Assembly (NCBI GenBank): GCA_964016885.1
Contig: OZ024740.1
Coordinates: 317,192,001 to 317,256,000, forward strand
DNA: 64,000 nucleotides
Source: Eledone cirrhosa
Taxonomy: Eukaryota
Direction of reading: 5' to 3'
Shown here: positions 50,597 to 64,000 of the stretch, piece by piece
Position numbering within the stretch: position 1 is the first letter of the stretch
How the letters are laid out: each line of letters starts with the position of its first letter
Position numbers and translations under genes: made by a program
The notes under the pieces: generated by a model
Seen by the model: only the letters and a program-made list of their open reading frames with translations
What the model was told of the DNA's origin: nothing
The model's database searches: none

Positions 50597-50877
50597 TGTG
50601 TAATAGAAAAAATTATGAAGTTTTGTTTACATATGAAAAATATTTATTGCGTATCGCGCGTTTCAGAGGATTGGCTCAAGGTGACCTATAGTAGGGGTTA
50701 TGGACCCGACTTCAGTATCGATCTGCTCCTCAGACTGGTGATGTGACAAAAGATATATTTTTGTGGTGGTATGTGGATCGAGAAGGTATCTATATAGGTA
50801 TTGGCCCTATTTTTTATTTTTTTTTGTGTGCAGGTGTATATGTATATTTTTGTGTAATTGGTGGGGTAGCAATACGG

Positions 50878-50923
<46 letters not shown>

Positions 50924-51099
50924 ATAGCATTTTATGTGTTTTCTATACTAGAATGGGTTTAATGGATCATCATGGTCTATGGCAAGGCATAATTGAAAAG
51001 CCATGACTTGCTCATATGTTCCATATTTTGGGAGGATTTCTACATTTCTACATTTCGAAATGGCAAGAGCTCAGCTGTTGGGCCTTAACACTCTACTAT

Positions 51100-51144
<45 letters not shown>

Positions 51145-52494
51145 ATATATATAATGAGAAAGAAAGAGAGATTAAAAAGAGAGAAACACAGAGATATGAT
51201 TAAACAAAGTCTTAATAGTTTCAAGCTGTTGTAAAAGGTAAAGAAATATCTTAGGATGATGGATATTAGTCTTTCAAAGTTAGGAGAAATATGAAGTCGA
51301 AAGGTTAAAAAAAAAGAAAATATATGCATTATATAATCTACTCATGAAACAAAGAATGGCTTATCATTCTACTTTGGAGAATAGCTTTAGTCCATTTTAT
51401 TCCATAAAAGTCATTAAAATCATATCTAACTGTCAGTGCTCCAGACAGCTTCAACAGAAGCTTGAATTATTAATTTTAATCCCATGGACTAAGCATTAAC
51501 AATTCTCTCTCAACAACCATTTGTTCTCACTTAATAAATACTAATTTAATCTGTGTAATTTATGTAGATATTATACATTTAATAAACTGCAATGCAATTT
51601 ATTTTACACAGCTTTATATAATTACAGGTGACACCATTATGCCTGGCCTTTTCAATAATATGTAGCGCACAAGGGTAGAGCGTAGGCAGAAAGTAGGCTA
51701 AATGCATTATAGTATTTGGTTACATAGTGCAATTGTGTTCTACCATAGCCTTGGGTCGACCAAAACTTTGTGAGTGAAATTTGGTAGATGGAATCTGATG
51801 GAAGCCTGCTGTTCTTGGGAAGTAGACTCAATCCATCATCTGATTGAACCCAACCACTCGGTCGCGCGTGCGTGTGTGTGTATTTCTGTTTCAAGTATTC
51901 AGGGCAAGGTCTTCATTGAGAAGGTAACTCTCTCCCTTTCCTTCCATTAGTAGCAGAAGCAGTGAAGGTCTTTGGCATTACTTCTCCCCCTCCTACTCCC
52001 ACAAAGCCATTCATAAAAATAAAAAATAAAAACATGGCTTTTTGTTTAGTCAACAGAAATCGATATTATGAAATAATAAACTGTCTAGATAAGTTAATGA
52101 CTCATCAGAATTAACAGAAGACAGGTAAGGAACGTAACATATTCCAATACTCAGACTATAATCTCCAATCTAGACCAGTGTCAAACTATCATCATCATCA
52201 TTTAACATATTTTCTCTGCTAGTAAGAGTTGACCAAGCCTTCACTGACTGAGACAGTATTTAAATAGAGTCACTGATCTCTTAGATGGGCCAGGGACCCA
52301 CATCTTGCCGATATATGATCCCATGTTCTGGTGCATTTTCTGGTGGTACCAGCACTAAAGGAGGTTGTCATATCTTTGACACAGCTGATGTGTCCTCCTG
52401 ACCCTTTATTTGGCAGCCTTTCTATAGCTGGATTCCCTTCCTATCACCAACCACTTTACAAGAAGTACTCATATTAGGTGTTTATCATTTAGAT

Positions 52495-52950
52495 AATAAT
52501 AATAATAATAATAATGAAAATTATTGTGTACAGTGCTCAGGTGCACTACAACTCATCAAAGGTTCATGTAAAGTACATAGAATAATGTACAAATGTCAGG
52601 AAAATGAACAGTGTGTGGAGTCATAATATACACACAGACACATGCTTGCATGTGTATGGAGAGGGAATATCAGGTGTAGTGTTGGTGAATTTCTGGAAGC
52701 ATGGAGGTTTTAAAGGATGCAGTGTCCTGGTAGTTTGTTCCATGCTTCAGCAACTCTGAGCGTGAAAAAATGTTTCCGAAAGTCATGGGAGCTGCAGTTT
52801 TCTGATTTTGTAAGCATGTCCATGGGTGTTAGACATATGGAATTCAAAAAGGTACTCAAGATTGTTGTTGGAAAGATGGTTGATAATCTTGTGGGTGTTT
52901 ACCAAGTCAGTTGCCAGACGTCAGAGCTTTAATGTATCCATGCCGAGGGA
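52495..52950 (-). mobile_element. CR1-like LINE 3' end with an (ATT)n tail
   Basis: Reverse complement of the 14308 family with (AAT)n at 52495-52515. Extra fragment at 53078-53158. Confidence 0.9.
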
Positions 52951-53770
52951 AAATAGTATGGAATAGAGACAAAACAGCCTCTCTTGTCAACTTCACTTGT
53001 GCTGGTGCCACAATAAAAGGCACTAATACACTGTAAAGTTGTCGATGTTAGGAAAGGCATCTAACTGTAGAAATTACGCATGTCCACAGGTGTTAGACAT
53101 GGAATTCAAAAATGGGCTCAGCGTTGTTGTTGGAAAGATGGTTAATAATCTTGTGGGGGCCTACATTAGAGAGGTTGTCATGTCGTTGATACACCTATTA
53201 ATATTCTATGAAGTTGAAGGCACTCTTTAATACTGAAGATATTAGATAATTTAATCGCATCTCTAAAGAGCAAATTCAAAAATGAAAGAGAATGCTTAAA
53301 CTACCTCCACTTCTAAAGAACTAGACTGAAATTTTAAGAGAAGCATTAACTTCTGATGGGAAATGAAAACTTTAAACCATACGTAAACTGCAACATAACT
53401 GCAACATATGCAAAAATCAATATTGCATAACGTATAACACTGATCAACAATATGAAATAAACAGCACAATTCGTCAATCATTTATATCTAAAAACTGAAA
53501 GCTGATTTAGCTGAGCAGTTAGTTATATAATCTAATATAACTGAAAACATTCAGGAAAGTCTGAAAAAATTGTTTCACAGGCATTAGGCATTCATCATCA
53601 TCATCGTTTTAACGTCTGCTTTCCAAGCTAGCAAGAGTTGGACGTGTCTACATAGACCAAATCAGTACTGAAGCGGAGCTACTGATTTTCCAGACAAGCC
53701 AGAGATCTGTCTTATGTACAGTCTCACGTTCTACCAAGTGCGCATGGCTAGACACACGCACAAACATATA

Positions 53771-53870
53771 CAGGATGTCCTCAAAAATGTATACACATTT
53801 TGATTACCTGTACAGGCAATATTTATTAGAATGCACATCCTTTGTGTATACATTTTTTGGTGACACTGTG
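53771..53870. mobile_element. M1 mini-MITE
   Basis: Family TIRs. Internal sequence matches the 31494 copy. Confidence 0.8.
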
Positions 53871-53899
53871 TTTGGAGAGAGAGAGAGAGGGAGAGAGTC

Positions 53900-54035
53900 T
53901 GCGATAGTGGGACCGGGGAGACCACAAATCATGGGAGTACTCAATGCATGGGGAGATGCAGAGTGGGTATAAAGATAGGTAAAATCCCGACCGCGGCGAC
54001 AAGTTGTTTCGGCAAGTGTATTCAGCAAGCCTTTT

Positions 54036-54095
<60 letters not shown>

Positions 54096-54548
54096 CACAG
54101 TAGCAGTTTTGAGTTGTCTACTAGCAACATAAAACACAACCGGAGGAATTGATTAGAGAATATAAACCAAACATGCTTCAAGTTTTTACTTCATATTTTT
54201 ATATTTGAAATACATGGGCCTCCGTCGGTTTTAATGATGAGTGTTCCAGTTGTTCGATCAAGGGAACTGCCAGCTCGTAAAATTATATGCAAGTCGCTGA
54301 GCATTCCAAAGAGAAACACACCCTTCGCCTAATTCTTAGGGATTACAAGTATAGTCCATCCGAGTGGGCTTCCATACATTTTCCGATTACTCAATTTCAC
54401 TTGGGTCGAAACGAGGGCATACACAATGACATATGCCCCTTATGATTGTAAAGTAAACTTCATAAACCATTCGGTCATGCTACGTCCACATATACAATAC
54501 AATACAAACATACGTATGCACAAAGTAGTGTGTGTGTGTGTTTACATA

Positions 54549-54596
<48 letters not shown>

Positions 54597-55441
54597 ATTT
54601 GTAAAGCCCATCTGTTTCTAGACGTAAATTGTCACAAGTTGTCTACACTTTCAGGTAGACATAAAACCAATAGTGTGAGAGAGAGAGAGGGGGGGAGGGA
54701 GGGTGTGTGTGTGTGTGTGTGTGTGTGAGGGGGGTTGTAGTGATCAATCTTAACCAAAGTGAAGTGAAGTGGAATTGCAACAATAGGGAATCGAAGTCAG
54801 TTTATGCAGTAGGGGTCGACGGAAGCTTACTTATACAGAATGTTTGCATTCTTGTGTATGTGTGTGCATATGTAGATATCAGTAACTTATACCATAGTTA
54901 CAACTAATATTATAGCTACCCCCAATAATAGAAGCCCGGACAGTAGTGAGGGAGAAAGCTCTCTGGCGTACAGAAAGAACCCCAGGCGCAAGCTTTTGCA
55001 CTTCACGGCGCTCGCCAGTTATAATATATACATATAAGTGTGCATGTGTTAATAGAGTGATAATGATGTTAAGCCACATAATCGATTTGGAACAGTCCTA
55101 AGGACAGACTACAGTCGCAGTAAATTGACCAGAATACATAGAAATAAATAGACAAATTACACACTAACAAACAAACAAGAAAAACAATTAGAAATAAAGA
55201 ACAAACCGTGACAAATTGATTTTGATGACAAATCCCATGAGAAAGGATGTGGACAGATAGAGAGAGGAATGTCGTTAATAATTATTAAGCCAGCTCGTTT
55301 ACTAACTAACTGTCGAGAAGTTTGCAGCTGAAATATAATGCTATAATGAGAAGATAGCAACTAAAACCATGCGTCTTATACCATAAGAAGAAAAACCTTA
55401 GTATTGTAGTGCGCGTACGTCTCTCTCTCTTTCTTTCTTTC

Positions 55442-55488
<47 letters not shown>

Positions 55489-55735
55489 CTGTGGTCGGGA
55501 TTTTACATGTCTGTTTCTCTCTCTCTCTCTCTATATATATATATACACACACACACAAGATAGAGAGCATGTTATATATATATGTGTGTGCGTGTGAGAG
55601 AAAGAGTATATTCTGCATGTGTGTGTGTGTGAGGGAGAGAGAGTATGTGTGTGCGCGCGCCCGTGAAAGAAAGAGTATATTGTGTGTATGCGTGTGAAGA
55701 GAGAGCGAGAGAGAGACAGACAGACAAACACACAT

Positions 55736-55784
<49 letters not shown>

Positions 55785-57100
55785 CTAATACCGACACTAG
55801 CGCAAAACTACACAGAAGTTGCTTGACTGGCTATCACATTATTTATTACATAAATTGAAAATATAAAAACCATTAAAACAAACTCTCAGAAGCAATAGAT
55901 TTAATGTTGCCAAGCAGTGACTTCACTTGTATTCAGAAAATTCACATAAGTCAGACACTCCAGTTAAACTCTCAATTCTCCTATCTCAAACGAAAATTCC
56001 TCTAGCTTAATATGTAATACTAAACATATGACCATACACATATAGTACTGTGTGTGTGTGTGTATTTAGCTTCAGCCTGCAGCAAATACATATGAAAATA
56101 AAGAACCACGAACTTTTTCCATTTATCAAATTCTAGAGCGTAGCAACTTTTAAGAAAAAGCCGACTGGTCACTGGGTGTAACGAAACTATTAATTTGTGT
56201 GTGTGTGAAAACAGCGAGAGTTAAAACTGGAAAACTAGTTGCTGGTATGGGTCTGTATGTGTGTATGAAAGCGAGAGAGAGTGAGTGCGAGAAAGATCGA
56301 GTGCGAGAGTGAGGGAGAAAGTGCGAGCGAGAGGGAGAAAGAGCGAGTGCGAGAGAGAGAGGGAGAAAGAGCGAGTGCGAGAGAGAGAGGGAGAAAGAGC
56401 GAGTGCGAGAGAGAGGGAGAAAGAGCGAGTGCGAGAGAGGAGACGGAGAAACATATACTGAGATGGACTGAGAAATGAGAGAGGGAGAGAGTATGTATGT
56501 GTGAAAAAAAACTGACTGAAATACTGTCAAAATAAGAGAGAGAGAATGTATGAGCGTGTCTGTGTCTGTAAGTATGAGTGTGTGTGCGAGAGAGAGTGAA
56601 AGTCAGACAGCCTAAGCTAGCAGCAGTTCAACTACAGACTGCAGGGATTAAAATATGATTCCACAACCGCCACCCCCAAATGTATGTGCGATCGCCTTAC
56701 ATAACAACTTTTAGGTAGAAATTCTCATTTGACAATAACTAATTTATGTTATCAACGCTTTACTTTCGTTCTGGATGTTGTTATGGTTGTTGTCTTTTAG
56801 TGAGGGAGAGAGAAAGAGAAGTAGAAGATTGAGGTGGGATAATCAAAGAAGGAGTGGCGCCAGCGGCTGTGTAAGCTTACATGCATAGACAGATATGTTC
56901 AAAGCAGGGTGTATGTGTATATGTATGTATGTATGTGTGTGTGTATATATATACTCACACACACAAGACAGACAAAAAACTAACATACTAGATAGATAAA
57001 TATAGACTCACAGATAGATACACAAAAGAAGATAGACAAGTTAGATAGGTAGACAGACAGACTCGCTGCAGACATAGACCGGCAGCAACAAAGAAAGAGA
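53900..57100. promoter_or_regulatory. Candidate promoter / 5' region (CpG-retaining, GA-repeat rich)
   Basis: By eye, CpGs are denser here than in the CpG-depleted intron. Long (GA)n tracts. Lies upstream of the minus-strand exons. No TSS is proven. Confidence 0.3.
56270..56440. repeat. GA/CG minisatellite, ~5-6 units
   Basis: GAGCGAGTGCGAGA(GA)nGGGAGAAA repeated. Confidence 0.85.
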
Positions 57101-58296
57101 AAAACAAGAAGAAAAAAAACAGACAGTCCAGATAAGAGAGAGACAGACAGAACAGTGTGTGTGTATGAAGCAGACGAATAGATATATAGAAAGATAGTTA
57201 TTATATATAATACTGTTTCTACCTATGTTGATTTTATATATGCATATATATTATATATTTATGTAAATAGGTAGATAGATAAGAAAAACACTAGAGTCCG
57301 AGAAAACTAGTTATGTATAGATAGGCAGAACAAGTTAGAGGGAGTGTCTAGAATGGTAGAGAAATAAGAAAAGAACGTGCCTATGTTTGAATGTGCGGAG
57401 AGAGAGGAGGAGGAGGGAGGAGCTGTCTAGAGTGGCAATGTCATATCTACACATAGTAACAGCTTAGTAGTCACCAAGTGAAGCAAACAAGCAGCAGCAA
57501 CCTTATAAGACAGACAGGCTAAAAGCAGTATGTTTTGTATATATATATATATGTATGTTATATAGTCAGGTATCGAGCCGGTTCTCACTGACAGACCTGG
57601 CTTGGGAAGAAAGCAGACAGACAAGGAGGAAAGAAGGGAAGAAAGAGAGAGAGAGGAAAATAAAGAGAGAAGTGCGAGATAGAGATAGAAAGAATAAGAA
57701 AGGAAGACAGAAGCAGACAGAGGAAATTTGCATAATTTCTAGACAGATGACTAGACAGCAGCAGTGGAAACAACAACAAATATTATAAGAATAACACTGC
57801 TTATTTGGGATTGTCCAAAACAGTGACACTAACTTTTTAGAAACATTTGCACAAACATACGTTAAAATACAAGCAGATAGACACTCAAATATATACATGC
57901 AAACGTATACAAGCACATGTAGATAGGCAGCTATATATACACACACACACTAATATTAAACATATATAGACGGACACGTAGACACAAATAGACAACACAT
58001 AAGCATACATAATACATAGTGAAGAATGCTGAAGGCAGACACTTATAGATATACAAACATTAAACGACATACACACTCCTCACCTACATATACATGTACA
58101 CAATAGTTTGTGCTGTTAATTCAGACACAAAATGCGCACAACACACGCAAATTACAGACACACGAATACGAAATGTAAACACACACATATATATATTTAT
58201 AGATTATAAAATGCTCTCATGTACATATTGCAGACAAAGTAGCAGTATGATAAAAAAAAAATACATAGAACATGCACACACACACATATATATATA

Positions 58297-58377
58297 CAGG
58301 GTGTCACCCCAAAAAATGTATACACTCTTCAACAGTATTCTGATAAAAGTGTGCATATATTTTTTTGGGACACCCTA
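58297..58377. mobile_element. M1 mini-MITE
   Basis: TA|CAGGGTGTCACCCC...GGGACACCCT. Confidence 0.85.
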
Positions 58378-58522
58378 TATATATATATATATATGTGCGT
58401 GCAAACATGACTGTGGTTAAGTTCGCTTTGCAACCACGTGGTTTCAGGTTCAGTCCCACTCCGCGGCACCTTGGGCAAATCTCTTCTATTATAGCCCCAG
58501 ACTGTTTAATCTGTTGTGTATG

Positions 58523-58579
<57 letters not shown>

Positions 58580-59599
58580 TGTGTATGGGGGATATTCTTT
58601 TACTTGTGTCGTCATAAATAGGGCCAACTAAACTAACCCCCCCAAGTATGGTACTTATTTTATTGAGTTCTTTGTCGAACCGCTAAGGTTACGGGATATA
58701 CATATATTTATAAAAGACAGTAACGTCAAACTTAAACCCTTTCGATGGTAAAAATGTTTAATCTTGACTATAGGGAACTTATATGATCTATAATATCTAT
58801 ACTATATATTTTCCTAAAAGTTAAACAATGGTCTTTATGTATGTATGTATGTATACTAGCAAACCATTAGTTTAACTATGTGTTTCGTAATGTATTTACC
58901 AATAAATACAAATGTATAAAAAGAGGAAAACTATATTTTTCACATCCAATTGAAACGACATATTCTCATCCAAATTAAATTACAGGTCACCATTTTGTAG
59001 TGAACCAGTACTAATCAGAGGCACAATTGAAGCAGTCCCACACAGCACCTTTGATGAGATTCAAACCCGTAGCGCATTTTTCAGTAAAACAGTTTAACAT
59101 TTTTTTTTTTTTTTTCAATGACTTAGATACTCCATAGCCTCTATGATATGAGTATGAAGTGAGCGAATAGTTTATAATCAAATAGCAAAATTACTTTTAT
59201 GGATTGAGAATGATACGAACTTACTTCTACATATTTGATTGTGTGTGTGTGTGTGGGGGGGGGGGGGGAGTGAAACTTTAATACTTCAGTTCAATACTTA
59301 TATTTGCTAAAGATAGAAAGCTATGCAGACATAAGCACAGAAATTTGCATTTATTATTATATAATTATAATATATGGTGGTTGTGGTGTTAGGAAGAGCA
59401 TCCAGCTGTAGAACCAAGCCCAAAACGGTGCCTACCAGTAAGACTGAGTTACCTGACCAGTCTAACCTCAATCCATCTAACATAGAAACTAAATGATGAT
59501 GATGGTGATGATAACTATCCACTCATGTCCAAGGAAAAATATTACTGGCTATTAAAATATCTTGTTTTCAACAGTTCTGATATTACCGCCATGGGGTTA

Positions 59600-59845
59600 G
59601 AATGCCTCATGAAAGAATCGCTGGACAGATTTTATGAGCAAGACCAACTGGCAAGAGACCCACGGGTAAACTCCAAACAAGATGGTTGGATAACATCCAT
59701 GAACTCAGCTGGTCTTGCTTGGGGATCCTGCTGGATCAACTGGAGAAGGTTGCTTCTGACACAGCCTGTTGAAAGAAGTGTTTGCAGACTCCCCCCCCCA
59801 CCACCACCACCACCACACACAACTCTCTCAGGAATAAGTGAGTGA
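59600..59845 (+). mobile_element. RTE LINE 3' end (Expander/Rex3-like)
   Basis: Inverted homologue of 36806-37020 (AAGATGGTTGGATAACATCCATGAAC.CAGCTGG). Confidence 0.8.
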
Positions 59846-59879
59846 AGAAAAAGAGATGTTTTCAATAGTGGTTCTTTAA

Positions 59880-60540
59880 CCCTTACTACAATCTTACATG
59901 ACTTTTGGCAGTCCTTACAAATGAAGGTTCATATGTGCAGAACATGTGCATACTTAGTCTTTTACTTCATTCACTTCACAAATTGTGAGTTTTTGTGTAG
60001 CTTGCTTAAATTCTCCAGGAGAATTGCATGCTGTTTCAAAAACATCTGCACTGTCCTTAAATCATGGCTCCATTGGTGTCAATGAAAAGTATTTCCTTCC
60101 AAGAATACTTCACTTATTTTAAATATTTTCAAAGAGAACCTTACAGCCTTGGGGTTTGTACTGGGACTGTTTCCTACATACAATCTCACCATACAATATT
60201 TCCTTCGGTACCCTCTAAACATTTGTTCATATGTGGTGTCTGGTTCAAGGTAAATGGTGCTTGTATACCACTGCCTCAATGCTTAAGGCTTTTATACCCT
60301 TCAATACCTCTGTTTGAAGTCTGTGAGGACCAACTAACATTGAGAATATGTCTTCAATATCTTAGATGAAAGTATTCAAGAATCTTTACATGGTGTTTGT
60401 AAAGGATCCATGTTGTATAAGAAGAAAAGTCAATATACTTTCACAATATACAGTGACTTGTCAACCTTATGATGAGATCTAAAGACATGAGATACCCTGA
60501 AAGAATCAATCACTTTCTGAAGTCTTGGATATACTTCACT
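59880..60540 (-). pseudogene. RTE (BovB-like) LINE ORF remnant
   Basis: Frameshifted TWILYKHHVKILEYFHLRY*RHILNVSW, IEAVV, PKEILYGE and a C-terminal FICKDCQKSC zinc knuckle. Confidence 0.7.
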
Positions 60541-61249
60541 ACCTATACACATACACATATATGTGTGTGGTGACACGGCTAAGGTCAGCACTAAGAGAGA
60601 AAGAAAGAAAACTATAAACAAAAATGTGAATTTTCTCCCTATATATGTAACCCCCCCCCCCCCGTATTCTTATTATCCTTATTAATATCCAATTTAATTG
60701 CATTATACACATCCGTCGTGTGAAAAAGTGCACAAGCTGAAACCGGTACAAAAAATGGGGAAATTCCTATTTTGTAAATAAATGTTTTGATGTTATTCTG
60801 AGAAAAAAATCCCTTTAACGTTTTCTACTGTTTTTTTTCTTTTTTACTATTCATTTATATATATATATATAAACACACACACACATGCATATATATACAC
60901 CCATATATATATATACATACACACATGCATATATACATAGACACATACATATATACATACACACATACATATATACATACATATATATATATACACACAC
61001 GTGTATATGTGAAGGGGAGAGGGGGGAAACTGACGCTTACATAGTACAAAGCACATCCACAAACTGACAGAAAACCAGGGAAATTTCACATGCACCAGCA
61101 TTAGATAATTTATATAACTTCATTGACATTTAACAAAAGGTGTAAAAACAAATTATTGAAAACGGAATTCTGTGCCTAAGATTTCAGCCAGCAGCTAGAC
61201 ACACTTGAAAGCTAAAGTGTTTTATAACAGACCACTTTACTGTAACCCT

Positions 61250-61470
61250 CACTACCACAACCACCAATACCAACACTCTCACCACTAATACCACCACCAT
61301 CACCATCGCCACCAACACCCTCACCACCATTACCATCACAACCACCACCACCATTACCATCACTACCACCACTAGTATCACTACCACCACTAGTATCACT
61401 ACCACCACTAGTACCACCAGCACCACCACCAGCACCCTCATACCACTACAACAGCAGCAACAACAACAAC
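61250..61470. repeat. Degenerate (ACC/ACT/CAA)n trinucleotide repeat
   Basis: Seen directly. Explains the poly-Val ORF. Confidence 0.9.
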
Positions 61471-61656
61471 AGATGCAAAACCATGTCTACAATCTCAGAC
61501 AGGCATGCCCTTTATGTAAAATAATAGCAATATATAAAATAACTGTAAATTTAGCTGTTGCTTCCTTAATACCAGTTTTTCATGGCCACAATGTCCATCA
61601 TTCCATTTTCTGAACCTTCTAGCTAGGTTTAACAATATATATACCCATTAAACTAA

Positions 61657-62219
61657 GCCTTTTATATTACAATATTCCTAATGAAAGACACTACCTATGA
61701 TTTTCAAATAATTTTGAAAATAATCAAGAATTTGGAAGAATTTAGTACTACATAGTACTATACTAATATAACTTTCAAGAATACAGTACTATAGTAATAT
61801 AACTTTCTCATCAATAAGTTGGTGTTTGGAACACAATAAAAGTTCTTATATAAAATATGTTATTGTACTTTATTTACAATTGTATAAATAATATTACAAA
61901 TAAAATAGAAAAGGAAAAGAAAAAAGAAACTAGTATCATGGACCAACATACATCAAAAGGCAAGTGACAGGGGTGGACAAATGAACCTCTGCCAGAACAA
62001 AAGATAACAATATTGCGAGGAGCACTGGAACCTCTCTAATAATTTTTGAGGCAAGCCAGCACGCTTGCAGCATTGCTGATATGCTGGAACAGCGAAGTGT
62101 CCTCACGAGCATCACCACAAAATTCTGAAAGTTTTTTTAGTTAGATAGAAACGCTTTAAAAGAAACAGTTTTGTATCTAGAACCAGGAGTGGCATCAAGC
62201 AGATTTGTTATCAAAATGA
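61657..62219 (-). mobile_element. P2 MITE interrupted by a LINE 3' fragment (~61857-62120)
   Basis: P2 halves lie on both sides. The insert reads GDAREDTSLFQHISNAASVLACLKNY* followed by a T-rich 3' UTR and AATAAA on the minus strand. Confidence 0.7.
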
Positions 62220-63445
62220 TTAAGACATGAAATACCTGTGGGTCACATATAGATCTTCAACTATGTACCATAAGCCTGTTTGAACTGAGATACACAACAG
62301 CAACTGTTTGTATAGTTTTAAAAAAACACCTCATCTATTATTACCAATGAAATGATGATCAAAGATTAATTAAAATCCATTTTAAATAATGAGAACAGTG
62401 TTAGATTATTGCCTGGTTATATTCCATTATAATTTTAGAAAAATATCTCCATTTGTGTCATCATTATCATCATCCTCATCCTCACCATTTTTATGTTAAC
62501 TTTTGAACAGGTCTTTTTCAGGCTTGCTTCTTATGACACGCAGGGATACAGTGTACTATTCTAAAATAAATAAACATGGCCTATGTATATATAAAAACAT
62601 AGTAACCTGATCCGACTCGTCTAACCCATGCTAGCATGGAAAATGGACATCAAATGGTGATGATAATGATGATGATATATATATATATACACACAATTCA
62701 TTGCATGTCTATATTAATCTTTAAAGCGCCCTAAATGTTTGAACAGTGATGGATATGATAGACAGGAATCTCAGAACTAACAGTGTCCTTGGTGTTAAGG
62801 GCATAATAAACATACACAAACTAGACAGTAAATGCTGATACTAAGAAATGAACACGACTTGAATTACATCTCTTTTGAAAGTGCAAGCAAACTTCCTAAA
62901 GTTACATTTTATAGAATTTGGTTGAATTCTTTTCAGTTACATTAGTGATAAAAATGATAATTGCAGAGTTTAGTTCTATAAATTACAAGTTAGAATATTC
63001 TGAGAAGTCAGTTCAAACTGTATTAAGGTTAAAGGTCACTGCAGATACAGATTTACAGAAACTTATATTTTTATATGCTTTGCAAATTGTTAAGGAAAGT
63101 TAATCAAAAGTGACTATTCTGTTACAAAAAAGCAAGTATTTGAGAAACAAAGTAGTAAAACAGCATAGGGACCCATAGTAAATAGAAAATAAACAGCATT
63201 AAGTCACCATGTTAAAAGTAATGTTAGAAAACAAGGTCACTGCCAGTGGTATAGAATTTAAGTTATTATGTAAATGAGCAAGCTGTAGGAAGTGGGTCAG
63301 AACAGTGACCTGATGGTAAGAGAAGAGTACTGACGTTTCAAGCAAAACCCTCTACGCATTGGAGAAAAAAACATTAATGTTTATAGTAGTTCTGTGCATA
63401 TAGTTTTCAATAATATATCCCTACATACCTACATCCCATACATAC

Positions 63446-63478
<33 letters not shown>

Positions 63479-64000
63479 GATACATACATGCATACCTATA
63501 TAGATTACACACACACATATATATATAATTACCCTCATTGCAAATAACCTTTGGTATACACTCTGAGTACAGATTTACATGTTTAATATGTTTAAGTCTT
63601 GTCTCATTGAATGAGTAATGAGACTAACAGGACAATAGTGAATATATTTCCCTATGGCCCTGTTTAACTATAAACAATATATATATATATACAAAAAGTA
63701 AATGACACAGTACAATGAAGAAATATATTAGCTTAATGTTTAATAGAGTAGGAAAAGAGTCTTAATGTTTTGGACACTAGTCCTTCATAAAGAAATAGAT
63801 TGAGAAATAAAAGATGAAATAGAAAGAAAGAGTGAGAAGAATGAAAAAAATTTTTTTGAGAAAAAAAAGTGTATTCAGTCACCCATTTTTGAAAAAAAAA
63901 ATATATGTATGTATGTGTATATAAATATGTGTGGTGTGTGCGTGTGTGAAAAAGAAGTTGAAAATGTAATTGGAGTCTTTAAGAAAGTTTATTTACATTA

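Noticed and set aside
52085-52115. CTGATGAGTC on the minus strand, also at ~35961
   Set aside because: No correctly placed stem II plus GAAA follows, so it is a chance match.
55050-56050. First coding exon with a signal peptide
   Set aside because: Hydrophobic stretches exist, but none combines an in-frame ATG with a phase-1 donor.
61936-62118. Hydrophobic 60-aa ORF as the signal-peptide exon of the CUB gene
   Set aside because: It lies inside a MITE insertion, another frame resembles a retrotransposon C-terminus, and its donor would be phase 2 whereas the CUB exon needs phase 1.

Overview
AT-rich eukaryotic genomic DNA, not prokaryotic. The SINE, MITE and microsatellite landscape strongly suggests an octopus (coleoid cephalopod) genome; this is an inference. 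Only two convincing host exons are visible, both on the minus strand with canonical splice signals: a CUB-domain exon (43470-43862) and an LDL-receptor class A (LDLa) exon (5686-5835). They can splice in frame across a ~37.6 kb intron, giving an extracellular CUB-LDLa protein whose 5' end may lie in a CpG-retaining region at ~54-57 kb. The rest is intronic repeat material: several tRNA-derived SINE families, TTAA (piggyBac-type) and TA (Tc1/mariner/pogo-type) MITEs, hAT Buster/Charlie fossils, CR1, RTE and RLE-type LINE 3' fragments, and large mini- and microsatellites. Almost all ORF-track entries are repeat artefacts. I see no CRISPR array, operon or RNA gene, and no clearly new multi-gene system. 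The best leads are: recurrent fold-back palindromes (including a SINE fold-back and a hammerhead-core-like hairpin); tandem splice donors plus a candidate frame-compensating micro-exon; minisatellites abutting both exon acceptors; and a Buster element with vertebrate-like transposase sequence (horizontal-transfer candidate). Family letters are my own labels, and repeat coordinates are approximate.
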